NCBI RefSeq assembly: GCF_009914755.1
Contig: NC_060930.1
Source of the DNA: the human T2T-CHM13v2.0 reference genome, Homo sapiens
Reading direction: 5' to 3' (one strand)
DNA length: 64,000 nt
In this document: positions 12,215-25,669 of the stretch, in pieces
How positions within the stretch are numbered: position 1 is the first letter of the stretch
How the letters are laid out: each line of letters starts with the position of its first letter
The notes under the pieces: generated by a model
Databases searched by the model: none
Told to the model about the DNA's origin: nothing
The model's input: the letters and a program-made list of their open reading frames with translations, nothing else
Translations under genes and position numbers: made by a program

Positions 12215-14230
12215 TTTCTGTCTGTCTGTCTTCATGCCAGTAGAATACTGTTTTATTTACTGTACCTTTGCAACATCTTGGGAAGTCAAGAAGAGTGATA
12301 CCATCTGCTTTGCTATTCTTTCTGAAGATCACTTGGGCTATTTGAGGTCTTTCTTGAATAGTTTTTTCCATTTCTGTAAAAAATGCCTTTGGGATTTTGA
12401 TAGTGATTGCATTGAATTCATAGACAAGTTATGGTAGTGTGGACATTTTACAATTTTAATTCTTCTAAGCCCTGAACATAGGTTATGTTTCTATTTATTT
12501 GAGTCTTCTTCAATTCCTTTCATCAATGTTTTTACAGTTTCCAGTGTACAAGTCATTCACTTCCTTGGTTAAGTTTATTGCTAAGCATTTTATTCTTTTT
12601 TATGCTATTTTAAATGAAATTGTTTTGGTTCTTCCTTTTCTGATAGCTCAGAAAAGCTAGATTGTTAATGTATAGGAATGCAATTGATTTTGTATGTTAA
12701 TTTTATATTCAATTTGAATGCCTTCCATTTAATTAAAATAGTATAGTACTGAGATAAAGACAGACATACAAGCCAATAGAACAGAATGGAGAGTCCAGAA
12801 ATAAATGCACATATAGATAGTAAACTGATCTTGGACAAGATTGCTGAGAACACACAATGGAGAAAGAATAGTCCCTTCAATAGATGGTGTAGAATAAACT
12901 ACATAGAGAAGAATGAAATTGGACCCTATCTCATACTATATACAAAATCAACTCAAAATGGATTAAAGATTTAAATGTAAAACTCCTAGAAGAAAAAAAA
13001 TAAGGAGATAACTTCTTGATGTTGGTCTTGACAATGATTTTCTAGATTTGAAACAACAAAATAAAAAATAGACAAGCAGGACTATGTAAAGCTAAAAAGC
13101 TTCTTCACAACAAAGGAAATGATCAACAGAGTGAAAAGTCATCCTATGAAGCGGGAGAAAATATTTCAAACCATCTATCTGATAGGGGTTAATATCTAAA
13201 ATACATAATAATCTTCTCAACTCAATAATATATACACACACACACACAACTTAAAATTGACAAAATAATTGAATAGGTATTTCTTTAAAGAAGACATATA
13301 AATGGCCAACAAGTATATAAAAACGTACTCAATACCACTAACCATCAGAAAAAGGCAACCATAGTCAGATATCACTTAACATATTTTAGGATGGTTATTA
13401 TAAAAAAAAAAGTGTTGGTGTGAATGTGGAGAAACTGGATCCCTTATACACTGAATATAGAAATTGCAGCCACTATGCAAAATGGTATGAAAATTCCTTT
13501 AAAAATTAAAAATAAATCTACAATCTGATCCAGCAATTTCTCTTCTGGGTGTATAGCCAAGAGAATTGAAATCAGGGCCTTGAAGAAATATGTGCAACAC
13601 TCTGTTTATTTTGAAATTTTTTACAGTAGACAAAATACAAAAACAACCCAAGTATTCATTGGCAGATGAATGGATAAAGAAAATGAATATATACATGAAT
13701 ATTATTTAACCTTTAAAAGAAGGTGATCCTGCCAATTATTACAATATGGACAAACCTAGAGGATATCATGATAAGTAAAATAAGACAGTCTCAAAAGGAC
13801 AAATGTTGCATGGCCATGCTTAAACGGTATCTAAAATGGTCAACCTCATAGAAATACAAAATAGAATGGTGATTATAAAGGAATGTGTAGAGGGGGAGAT
13901 GGGGAATTGTTTATCAGTGGGTATGGTATAAAGTTCCTGTTATGCAAGATAAATAAGATCTAGAGATCTGCAGTACAACATATTACCTATAACTAGAAAA
14001 TAGTATTTTGCACTTTAAAATATGTTAACAAGACTATAGATCTCATGATAAGTGCTTTTACAGAAACAAAAACAACACAAAAGAGCATGAGGACATTTTT
14101 GGAGGTGGTGGATATGCTTACTACCCTGGTTGTGGTGATGATAGTATGTGTACATATGCCCAAACTCATCACGATGTATACATTAAAGACATATAATTTT
14201 TTTATGTCAATTGTACCTCAATAAAGCTAA
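12215..14230 (+). mobile_element. Old L1M 3' portion with inverted 5' segment (12215-12715 on minus)
   Basis: ORF2-like translations on minus (12114-12371) and plus (12786-12974); L1M 3' UTR runs to ~14230. Confidence 0.75.
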
Positions 14231-14686
14231 AATAAGATTTCTGGAAACATTTTTGCCTCTAGCTGGAAATGTTGACAAGGCATGTCCATAAGACTCATAG
14301 TGACCTCTGTGTCTAACATAGAGGGCTTAAGAGGCCTGTCTTAAGATTTTTAGAAACTATTCTAGGCTTCCCCATTATCTTTCTGAGCTTTCAACAATGG
14401 GTATTATAGTCACATCCTTGGGATCTTTACCTAAAAACCATACTTCACTAACAGCACCTTGGAATATGATCTTTGCCCTGAAGCCATTTCTTACTTTGAG
14501 AAACTTCTACCATCTAGACTATTTAGCACTAATATACAGTTTAATTTTTTGATCCTAGGAAGTCCTGGAATCTAGTTTTCCTCTAAATACTGATTGAAAA
14601 TTGAATGCCTTGTTTTTTAGTTCATCTTACATCTGCCCTATTTTGTAATAGTCAGCTAAAAGAATCTGTTGGAACTTTCACTATTT

Positions 14687-14895
14687 TGATGGTTTTTATG
14701 TCAGCTTGACTGAGGATGTCCACACTTTATTTAATTGAGCAGTTTTCTGGATGTGTCAGTGAGGATGTTTTTAGATGAGACTAACATTTGAATTGATAGA
14801 TTGAGTAAAGCAGATTATCCTCCCTAATGTAGGTGGCCATCATCCAATCAATATTCTGTTGACTCTGTTTCTCAGAAGAACCCTGACTACTACAA
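14687..14895 (+). mobile_element. MLT2 (ERVL) LTR, internally deleted
   Basis: TGATGGTTTTTATGTCAGCTTGACTG...GAGTAAAGCAGATTATCCTCCCTAATGTAGGTGG...AGAACCCTGACTACTACA. Confidence 0.7.
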
Positions 14896-15049
14896 TCATT
14901 CTTCCTAGTAAGCACCTTAGCAACATCTGGGTTCAATAGATATCCTTTCTATCTTCTTTGTTACTGTGGATAGTACATGTCTACTGTACTACATATTACT
15001 ATAGATAGTGGATGTCTCTCTTGACCGCCAGGCCAACAATTAGAGTTAA

Positions 15050-16610
15050 ATCCCCATAAATTAATTAGGGTTGTGCTAGAGATGTTAAAATAGAAAAGAG
15101 ATTAAACTGACAGGAGTGCAAATAGTAGTTACAATGTGCCAGCAGGAGTACCATGGGATTGAATTTTGAGTGTGCATGATCAAGGGACTAGAACACTAAA
15201 CTGGATAAATGAGAATATATTAACTAGGGGACATTGAGTTCTTAGACACGGAATCTGGGGCTTAAGTAAATGTGCTGCTAGTGTGGCTCTTACAAGCACA
15301 GGGAAGGCATTGGCCCATGATGATCAAAGTTAAAATTACTGAGTTGCCCTGACAGATGGTATGGAAAGGAATAAAGAGACTCAGGAAAGTGGGGGTATTG
15401 GAAGAATATACTATATGTAGGTCAGAAAAGCCACCAGAATATTATGTTCCACAAGAGTACTCAGAGGAGACACACCATTCACAATTCAGAATGCTCTGGC
15501 AGAGGCGTTCTGGAATTACTAAGAAATTCAGTGGTGACTCTTTGTAGACCAGGGATAATGGTTACAGAAGTAATCACAGAGTTTGAATTGCTGGAGAAAA
15601 GGGGCCTACAGCAATAAAAATATATGGTAGCATTGAACCACTGGAAGCTAGTAGTTGGCAATTGCTGTAATCATCAGTGAGTCAAAAAGGTAGCCAAGTA
15701 GTCTTGACCTACAGGAAGCTGTGGTGATGGTTAATATAACATGTGTCCCTAAAGACGAAATTACAGGACAGCTGATGAGGTTGCTGCTTAAAAACTACAA
15801 TCAAAAGAAGGCAAGAGTAGAGGAACAGGACACTGAGGGTGGTCTCTCTAATAAAATGGCCTAATTTCCTGCTCAGTTCACAGACGCAAGCTAATATTTA
15901 GGTGCATAACTTATTACCTGAACATTTAGTCATGTCCTCCAGAAAGAAGTGAACTTCAACATTGTGGTAAGCATTTACTGGAAAGACACCTATAGTTTTT
16001 CCCGAGAGGGAGCTAACATTATTTATGCAAATTACTGCACACTGGGAAAGGGGGAATACCCAAATATTTCAAGTACAGTTGTCTGAGTTGACACTGATAC
16101 TCCAAGAGCCAAAGCATCACCATGGCCCAACTGTTACAATGAGCATACAGAAGCCAGATTACGAATGGAGTCATGTTAAAGTTTAGCTTACAGTACGTCA
16201 CCCAGTACTGTAGGCACATCCAATAGTCGTTCCCACAGTCACTGGCTATACGATTAGGACTGATATACTTGGCAGTAAGAGAAGCCTCTACATCAGTCCT
16301 TGGCCAGTGGGAAATGCGCTATCGTACTGGATAATGCCAACTGGAAGCTTTGAAACTGCCCCATCTGGCAAGGATATTAAACTAACAACAATATCACATC
16401 CTGGGAAGGATAGCCAAGATTAGTGCCCCCTTAAATATCTAAAGACTGAAAGATCACTTGCAAAAAACAGATAAATCCTGAATAGCTGCAGACTAGTAGT
16501 CTTGATCACAGCTGTCATGTCAGACATGGTATCATTGCTAGAACAAGTTAACAGGGCTTCAGGTAAATGGTTTTTGTCCATTGATATGGCAAATGCATTC
16601 TTGTTTCTTG
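15050..16610 (+). mobile_element. ERVL-class internal gag/pro/pol remnant
   Basis: ORF 16502 encodes AVMSDMVSLLEQVNRASGKWFLSIDMANAF, resembling the ERVL RT motif (…AIDLANAFF); gag-like GIKRLRKVGVLE at 15356. Confidence 0.7.
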
Positions 16611-16864
16611 GGAGCATCCCAAGAGTGACTGTTTCAGGAGATCTATTAAGAAGTTGTAAGGTTTCTTTTAACGTACCTTCGAAGTTCCAGAACATCATTT
16701 TTGTTGCATTCTATTGGTGAAGTCACTGTGCCAGCCCAGGTTCAAGAAAAATGAACCACACAGGGCATCAATGCTGAGAGGCATGGTTCACTTGGCATCC
16801 ATGTGTCTAGACTAGCTACCACATTGACTTGAGACTCATTTTGATAGTCCCGTCTGAAGATTAA

Positions 16865-17090
16865 TGTATTTGTTTTTACCTAGCAAAAACATACATGGTG
16901 CATTGTATGTGTCAGACCCTATTCTAAGTACTTTATACATATTAGCTCATTTAATCATCGTAACAACCTTTATTCTTATTTTACAGATGAAGAAATACAG
17001 GAACAGAAATGTTAAGTCATTTGCCCAAAGTTTTTCCGACAGTGATTAGCAATGATAGATGTAAGCCCAAGCAGAATGGCTACAGTCATT
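16865..17090 (-). mobile_element. MIR SINE
   Basis: TTATTTTACAGATGAAGAAATACAGG...GTTAAGTCATTTGCCCAAAG. Confidence 0.7.
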
Positions 17091-17213
17091 TTCTTGAAAA
17101 TTACACTGTGCTTTCTCAGCTGTTACATCTTTAAATACAGACCATTCTCTTTGTGCTCTTTTTCTGGACCTCCTTTCTAACAGATGTGCTGGGAAGTTCA
17201 CAACGTATTTCCT

Positions 17214-19225
17214 GCAATCAGGCAAGAGAAAGAAATAAAGAGTATTCAATTAGGAAAAGAGGAAGTCAAATTGTCTCTGTTTGCAGATGACATGATCGTA
17301 TATTTAGAAAATCCCATCATCTCAGCCCAAAATCTCCTTAAGCTGATAAGCAACTTCAGCAAAGTCTCAGGATACAAAATCAATTTGCAAAAATCGCAAG
17401 CATTCCTATACACCAACAACAGACAAACAGAGAGCCACATCATGAGTGAACGCTCATTCACAATTGCTACAAAGAGAATAAAATACCTAGGAATACAACT
17501 TACAAGTGATATGAAGGACTTCTTCAAGGAGAACTGCAAACCAATGCTCAAGGAAATAAGAGAGGACACAAACAAACAGAAAAACATTCCATGCTCATGC
17601 ATAGGAATAATCAATATCGTGAAAATGGCCACACTGCCCAAAGTAATTTATAGATTCAATGCTATCCCCATCAAGCTACCATTGACTTTCTTCACAGAAT
17701 CAGAAAAAACAACTTTAAATTTCAAATGGAACCAAAAAAGAGCCTGCATAGCCAAGACAATCCTAAGCAGAAAGAACAAAGCTGGAAGCATCACACTACC
17801 TGACTTCAAACTATACTACAAGGCTACAGTAACCAAAACAGCATGATACTGGTACCAAAACAGATATATAGACCAACGGAACAGAACAGAGGCCTCAGAA
17901 ATAACACCACACATCTACAACCAACTGATCTTTGACAAACCTGACAAAAACAGGCAATGGGGAAATGATTCCCTATTTAATAAATGGTGTTGGGAAAACT
18001 GGCTAGCCAGATGTAGAAAGCTGAAACACGATCCCTTCCTTACACCTTATACAAAAATTAACTCAAGATGGATTAAAGACTTAAACATAAGACCTAAAAC
18101 CATAGAAACCCTAGAAGAAAACCTAGGCAATACCATTCAGGTCATAGGCTTGGGCAAAGACTTCATGACTAAAACACCAAAAGCAATGGCAACAAAAGCC
18201 AAAATAGACAAATGGGATCTAATTAAACTAAAGAACTTCTGCACAGCAAAAAAAACTATCAGCAGAGTGAACAGGCAACCTACAGAATGAGAGAAAATTT
18301 TTGCAATCTATCCATCTGACAAAAGGCTAATATCTAGAATCTACAAAGAACTTAAACAAATTTACAAGAAAAAAGCAACCCCATCAAAAAGTGAGCAAAG
18401 GATATGAACAGAAACTTCTCAAAAGAAGACATTTATGCAGCCAACAAACATATGAAAAAAAGCTCATTATCACTGGTCATTAGAGAAATGAAAATCAAAA
18501 CCAAAATGAGATACCATCTCACGCCAGTTAGAATGGTGATCATTAAAAAGTCAGGAAACAACAGATGCTGGAAAGGACATGGAGAAATAGGAACACTTTT
18601 ACACTGTTGGTGGGAGCGTAAATTAGTTCAACCATTGTGGAAAACAGTGTGGCGATTCCTCAAGGATCTAGAACTAGAAATATCATTTGACCCAGCAGTC
18701 CCATTACTGGGTATATACCCAAAGGATTATGTATCATTCTACTATAAAGACACACACATGTATGTCTATAGCAGCACTGTTCACAATAGCATTGACTTGG
18801 AACCTACCCAAATGCCCATCAATGATAAACTGGATAAAGAAAATATGGCACGTATACACCATGGAATACTATGCAGCCATAAAAAGGGATGAGTTCATGT
18901 CCTTTGCAGGGACATGGATGACACTGGAAAGCATCATTCTCAGCAAACTATCACAAGAACAGAAAACCAAAACAGAGAACCGCTTGTTCTCACTCATAGG
19001 TGGGAGTTGAACAGTGAGAACACATGCACACAGGGAGGGGAACATCACACCCCAGGGCCTGTCAGGGGGTGGGAGGGTAGGGAAGGGGTAGCATTAGGAG
19101 AAATACCTAATGTAGATGACGGGTTGATGGGTGCAGCAAACCACCATGGTACATGTATACCTATGTAACAAACCTGCACGTTCTGCACAGGTACCCCAGA
19201 ACTTAAAGTATAATAATAAAAAAAA
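17214..19225 (+). mobile_element. 5'-truncated L1PA (ORF2 RT/C-terminal part, 3' UTR, poly-A)
   Basis: ORF 17184-17846 has [13 protein letters not shown]; the Cys-rich C-terminus is at 18404-19010; ends CCCAGAACTTAAAGTATAATAATAAAAAAAA. Confidence 0.95.
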
Positions 19226-19239
19226 GGAAGTTAAAAAAA

Positions 19240-19350
19240 ATTACTAAGAGTTTCAAGACAGTGACCACAAAGCATTAAATCAAACATAGGGCCCTTCTGA
19301 GTGCAGGGTCCTTTGTGACTGCATGGGTCGCAGGCCCATGAAGCTTCCTT
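19240..19350. mobile_element. MER91-like DNA-transposon remnant
   Basis: GGGCCCTTCTGAGTGCAGGGTCCTTTGTGACTGCATGGGTCGCAGGCCCATGAAGC resembles a MER91-family end. Confidence 0.4.
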
Positions 19351-19778
19351 TGTAATAAAAGAAAATTTAAAACAAATAATATGTACAATCACAAAGAGAC
19401 AATACATAAAGAAGAAAATTGCTGATCATGACTTCATTAAAATAGCGAATGGCTAGTCAACTAAGAAAATTGTAGATAAAATTAAGATGAATAATATTTG
19501 AAAGAGCACAATACAGTGATCACTAGAACTAAGGAGCCTCAGTTTGAGTCCTGGTTTCACAATATATCACAAGAAGAAAAATTTACTTAAATCCTTTGAG
19601 CCTCAGTTTTCTTGTGATATAAGATAAATGACTGTATTACTTACTTCATTGGGTTTTTGTGAGAATTAAGAGAGCTAATAGATGTAAAGAACTTAGAACA
19701 ATACCTTACACATAATAAGCATGCAATAAATAGTATTCATTTGTATTATATTCACAGTGTATAAAATAACAAGAAGTT

Positions 19779-22700
19779 GAGGGCTGGCCAAGATGGCCAA
19801 CGAGAAGCACCTATTGTGCACCGCTGTCACAGAGCAAAATAGAAGAGGCAAGTAAATACAGTATCTTCAACTGAACTGGGTACGTGCATTGGGATTCATC
19901 AAGAAAACAACCCAACCCACAGAGAACAGAGAAAAGCAAGGCAGGACAACCACCCACTTGGGAATGACATGTAGCCAGGGTAGCCTCCCCTGCCCAGAGA
20001 AGTGGTGAGTGAGTGAGCGACCTTGGGAACCCATACTTTTCCCACAGAACTTTGCAACCCTCAGGTCAGGAGATCCCTCATGAACTCACTCCACCAGGGC
20101 CTTCAGTCTGACATGCAAAGCTATGTGGAGTCTCGTCAGAGCATCCACTCAGGCACACTGGAAGCCACAGGAGCTTTAGATACCCAGGCTTCCCAGCAAA
20201 AGTAACTGCAACTCTGGCAAACTGGGAGGTTAGACACCCCCCCCCATATATACCCCTAGAAAACGGTCTAAATCCACGGGGCTGAGCAATGACTATCTGC
20301 AAGCCCCATTTCCATGGAACATCACAGGATAAGACCCAATAGCTTTGAACTCTAGGCTGCCATGGGTAGCAACATTATACCTCCCTGAGATGGAGATCTC
20401 AGAGGGAGGCTTGGGCTGCCTTCTTTGCTGTTTCATAGCCTTAACCATTGGTGCCTTCAGGCTCTGGGGAATCTGAGGTGACTAGGGACTGGAGTGGTAC
20501 CCCAGCACAACATAGCAGCTCTACAAAGAGATGGCCAGACCACTTTTTCATGTGGGTCTCAGATCCCATTTCTGTTTACTGGGAGGAATCCCCTGACCGA
20601 GGTCTACAACCACTTCTGCTGGTGTTTTCCGGCCAGTAGCAATCCCAAACCTCCCTAGCAGAGCTCCCAGAGGAGGGGTAGGCCTCCATCTTTACTGTTT
20701 TGCAGGCTTAGCCATTGTCACTTTTGGGCTTTGGAGAGCTGGAAGCAACTGGGGGCTGGAGTAGACCCCAAAGACAGCATAGCTGCTCTATGAAAAAGTG
20801 GCCAGACTGCTTTTTAATGCACCTCCTGATCCTGTTTTTCCTCACTGAGTGGGAACTTCTGGGATCCCCAGCCAACCCTGCCAGTGTGTTTGGGCTGGTA
20901 ACAGGTCCATTCCTTCCTGGAGCAGAGCTCCCAGAGGGAGGCGCAGGCCGCCATCTTTGCTGTTTGACAAACTTCACTGTTGATACCATCAGGTACTGGA
21001 AAATCTGAAGTGACTAGGGACTGGAGCAGATCCCCAGAATATGGTAGCAGCTCTATGGAAAAGTGGTCAGACTGTATGTTATGTGGGTCCCCAATCCTGT
21101 ATCTTCTCCTGGGGCAGATCCTCCCAGCCTAGTCTCCAGTCACCCTTACACTGGGACTATTGAGCCAGTAGCAGTTCTGCAATGCCCTGGGACAAAGCTC
21201 CCAATGGAAGGGGTGGGTTGTCATCTTTGCTTTCTCACAGTCTTCATCCTTGTGTCCCCAGGCCCTGGAGAGTCTGTGGGACCAAGGGCTGGTTGGGACC
21301 CATAACACAGAGCATCCACGTCATAGAAAAGTGGCTGAACTGTTCTCCATGCAGATCCTGATCCTCACTTCTCCTCACTGGGCAAGGCCACATGACCTGG
21401 GACTCCAGCACAATCACCCAGCTGCCACCTGACCACTTCAATCAGAGGCAGTTCTGCAGTTAAAGGAACACTCACACACAGAGATGAGAAAAAAAAAAAA
21501 AGAACTCTGGCAACTCAAATGGTCAGAGTGTCTTATGTCCTCCAAATGATCACTCTAGTTCTTCAACAAGAATTCTTAAGCAGACTGAGATGGCTGAAAT
21601 AACAAATAGAATTCAGAATATGGATAGGAATGAAGATAATTGAGATTCAGGAGAATGGCAAAACCCAATCCCAGGAAGCTAAGAATCACAATAAAACGAT
21701 ACAAGAGGTGACAGACAAAACAGCCAGTATAAAAACAACCTAACTGACCTGATAGAGCTGAAAAACTCACTAAAATAATTTTTCAATGCAATCACAAATA
21801 TTAATAGCAGAGTAGACAAAGCTGAGGAAAGAATCTGAGAATTTGAAGACAGGCTCTCTGAAATAAGAGAGTCAGACAAAAATAAAGAATAAAAGGAAAA
21901 GGAATGAACAAAACCTCTGTGAAATATGAGATTATGTAAAGAGGCCAAATCTACAAATCACTGGTATCCCTGCAAGAGAGGGGGAGAAAGCAAACAACTT
22001 GGAAAACATATTTCAGGATATCAACCATGAAAACTTCCCCAATCTTGCTAGAGAGGCCAATAGTCAAATGCAGGAAATACAGAAAACCTCTGCAAGATTC
22101 TAGACAAGAAGATCATCCCCAACACACAAAATCATCTTATTTTCCAAGGACAAAATGAAAGAAAGAATGTAAAAGGCAGCTTGAGAGAAAGGGCAGGTCA
22201 CCTACAAAGGGAACCGTATGAGGCTAACAGTGGACCTCTCAGCAGAAATGTTGAAAGCCAGAAGAGATTGCAGGTCTATATTCGATATTCTTAAAGAAAA
22301 ATTTCTTTAACCAAGAATTTTATATCCAGCCAAACTAAGCTTTCTCTGTGAAGGAGAAATAAGATCTTTTCAGACAAGTAAACATTGAGGGATTGTATTA
22401 CTAGACCCACCTTACAAGAGATCTTGAAAGGAGTACTAAATATGAAAAGAAAACACCATTACCAGCCAATACAAAAACACATTTAAGTACACAGACCCGT
22501 GACACTATAAAGCAACCAGACAAACAAGCAGGCATAATAACCAGCTAACAACAAAAAGACAGGATTAAATCTACATATATCAATACAAACATTGAAAGTA
22601 AACAGGCTAAATGTCCCAATTAGAAGGCACAGAGTGGCAAGCTGGGTAAAGAAGCAAAATCCAATTGTATGCTGTCTTCAGGAAACCCATCTCACATGCA

Positions 22701-25162
22701 ATGACACCCATAGGCTCAAAATAAAGGGATGGAAAAAATCTGCCAAGTAAATGAAAATCAGAAATAAGAAGAGGTTGCAATTCTAATTTCAGAGAAAAAC
22801 AGACTTTAAACTAACAAAAACGAAAAAAGACAAGGAAGGGCATTATCTAATGATAAAGGATTCAATTCAACAGGAAGATCTAGATATCCTAAATATATAT
22901 GCACCCACAGCAGGAGAATCCAGATTCATAAAGCAAGTTCTTAGAGACCTACAAAGAGACTTAGATGCCCACACAATGGGAGTCTCCAGTAGGGTATTTC
23001 AACACTCCCCTGACAGTACTAGACAGATCATCAAGGCAGAAAATTAACAAAGATTTAAACAAAGATTGAACTCAACATTGGATCAAATAGATCTGATAGA
23101 CCTCAGAACTCTCCACCCCAAAACAACAGAATGTGCATTCTTCTCATCAACACAGGCACGTACTCTAAAAATAGACCCCACAATTGGACATAAAACAATC
23201 CTCAGCAAATGCAAAAGAACTGAAATCATACCAAACACATTGGTGGACAACAGCTCAATAAAAATAGAAATCAAGACTAAAAAAATCACTCAATCCATGC
23301 AATTACATGGAAATTAAACAACTTACTCTTTAATGAATTTGAGGTAAGTACTGAAATTAGTGCAGAAATCAAAATGTTCTTTGAAACTATTGAGAATGAA
23401 GATACAACATACCAGAATCTCTGGGGCACAGCTAAGGCAGCATTAAGGGGGAAATTTGTAGCACTAAATGCCCACATCAAAAAGATACGAAGATCTCAAA
23501 TTAACAACCTAACATCATAAGTAAAAGAACTAGAGACAGAAGACAAAACCAACCCAAAAGCTAGCAGAAGACAAGAAATAACCAAAATTAGAGCTGATCT
23601 GAAAGAAATTGAGATGAGAAAAACCATACAAAAGATAAACGAATCCAGGAGTTTGTTTTTTGGGAGAATTAATAAGATGAATAGACTCCTAGCTAGATCA
23701 ATAAAGAAGGAAAGAGAGATGATCCAAATAAACACAATCAGAAATGACAAATGGGATGCTACCATTGACCCCACAACAATACAAATAATCATCAGAGACA
23801 TGATGAATCATGAACACATATGCACATGAACTAGAAAACCTCGATGAGATGGATAAATTTCTATACACATACATCCTCCCACGTCTGAACCAAGAAGAAA
23901 CTGATTCTGTGAAGAAACCAATAACGAGCTCTGAAATTGAATCAGTAATAAATAGCCTACCAAACAAAGGGGGAGTGACTCCTCCCCAACTCATTCTATG
24001 AGGCCAGCATCATCCTGATACAAAAACCTGAAAGAAACACATACATGAAAGGAAAACTTCAGGCCAATATTCTTAATGAACATAGATGCAAAAATTCTCA
24101 ACAAAATGCTAGCAAACTGAATTCAGCAGCACATCAAAAAGCTAATACAAAATGATTAAGTAGGCTTTATCCCTGGGATACAAGGTTGGTTCAACATTTG
24201 CAAATTAATAAATGTGATTCATCACATAAACAGAACTAAAAACAAAACTCACATGATTATCTCAATAGATAACAGAAGAGGCTTCCAATTAAGTTCAACA
24301 TTGCTTCATATTAAAAATTCTCAATAAACTAGGTATTAAGGAAAATACCTCAAAATAGTAGGAGCCATTTATGACAAATCCAAAGCCAACATCATACTGA
24401 ATAGACAAAAGCTGGAAGCATTCCTCTGGAAAACCAGCACAAGACAAGGATGTCCTCTCTCAGCACTCCTATTCAACATAGCATTGGAAGTCCTGGCTAG
24501 AGCAATTAGGCAAGAGAAAGAAATAATGGGCATTATAGGAAGAGAGTAAGTAAAACTATTCCTGTTTGCAGATGACATGATTCTATATCTAGAAAACCCC
24601 ATAGTCTTGGTCAAAAAGCTCCTTCAGCTGATACACTATTTCAGCAAAGTTTCTGGATACAAAATCAATGTACAAAAGTCACTAGCATTCCTATACAGCA
24701 ACAACAGTCAAGCTGAGAGACAAATCAGGAACACAATCCCATTCACAATTGCCAAAGAAAGAATATAATACCAAGAAATGCAGCTAACAAGGCAGGTGAA
24801 AGGTCTCTACAATAAGAACTACAAAACACTACTCAGAGAAATCAGAGATAATACAAACAAATGGAAACAGATTTCTTGTTCATGGGTAGTAAGAATCATA
24901 TTGTTTAAATGGCCATACTGCCCAAAGCAATTTACAGATTCAATGCTATTTCTATCAAACTACCAAAGACATTCTTGGTAGTTTCTAAACTAAAGTTTAG
25001 AATACTAGAATAAACTAGTTTATTCTAGAAAAACACTTTAAAATTCATGTGAAACCAAAAAAGAACCTGAATAGCCAAGCAATTCTAAGCAAAAAGAACA
25101 AATTTGGAGGCATCATGTTACCCTACTTCAAGCTATACTACAGAGCAACAGTAGCCAAAACA
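19779..25162 (+). mobile_element. Old primate L1 (L1PA13-16/L1PREC2-like): 5' UTR with tandem monomers, degraded ORF1 and ORF2, 3' end missing
   Basis: Starts GAGGGCTGGCCAAGATGGCC; ORF1 remnant ~21480-22550; endonuclease remnant ILNIYAP (22850); RT remnants 24300-24770; stops abruptly at ...GTAGCCAAAACAG. Confidence 0.9.
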
Positions 25163-25669
25163 GGTTTCCTGAAAAATACCAGGGTATTCTTTCAGGAAAG
25201 TCCCAAAAATGGGAAAGTAAATCCATATCTCTGTCCTAGGAAATAAAAAGAAATTTGACTAAGAAAACATATTAAGCCATTGAGACCTGTGTTGGCCATA
25301 GTTCTAAAACTAAGGAACAAACTTAGTAAGGAAAAAAAAAAAACAAGAATGAAAAAAACAAATGAAACTTCACACAGGAATTCCCCAAGGCCACTGATTC
25401 ATATTACAGGTGTGGAAAGGCATCCTGCTAATTCCTAAAATCTTTCTCAACACCAGGGGACACTCTCCCTTTGGATTTCTATGTCTAGAGACCTGTGGCT
25501 CATTAAAAGGCAGACTGATTTTTCAGAAAGAGAGAAAGAGGTTTTTAAAGATGAGTTTATGCTGCAATCCCAACATGAACTATTACTTCAAATATGTTTT
25601 AACTTTTATAATCACTGGGAATATAAACATGAATAGCTTCCTTAACTGTGAATCAGAACACTCAATCAG
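25163..25669 (+). promoter_or_regulatory. Candidate OR12D1 promoter and non-coding exon 1
   Basis: Paralogous to 4430-5017; O/E-like TTCCCCAAGG (25381) and ACCAGGGGA (25452); donor CAG|GTAAGA at 25670. Confidence 0.5.

Noticed and set aside
17184-19010. Active L1 / functional reverse transcriptase
   Set aside because: 5'-truncated, with stops (for example TGA at 17844) and frameshifts.
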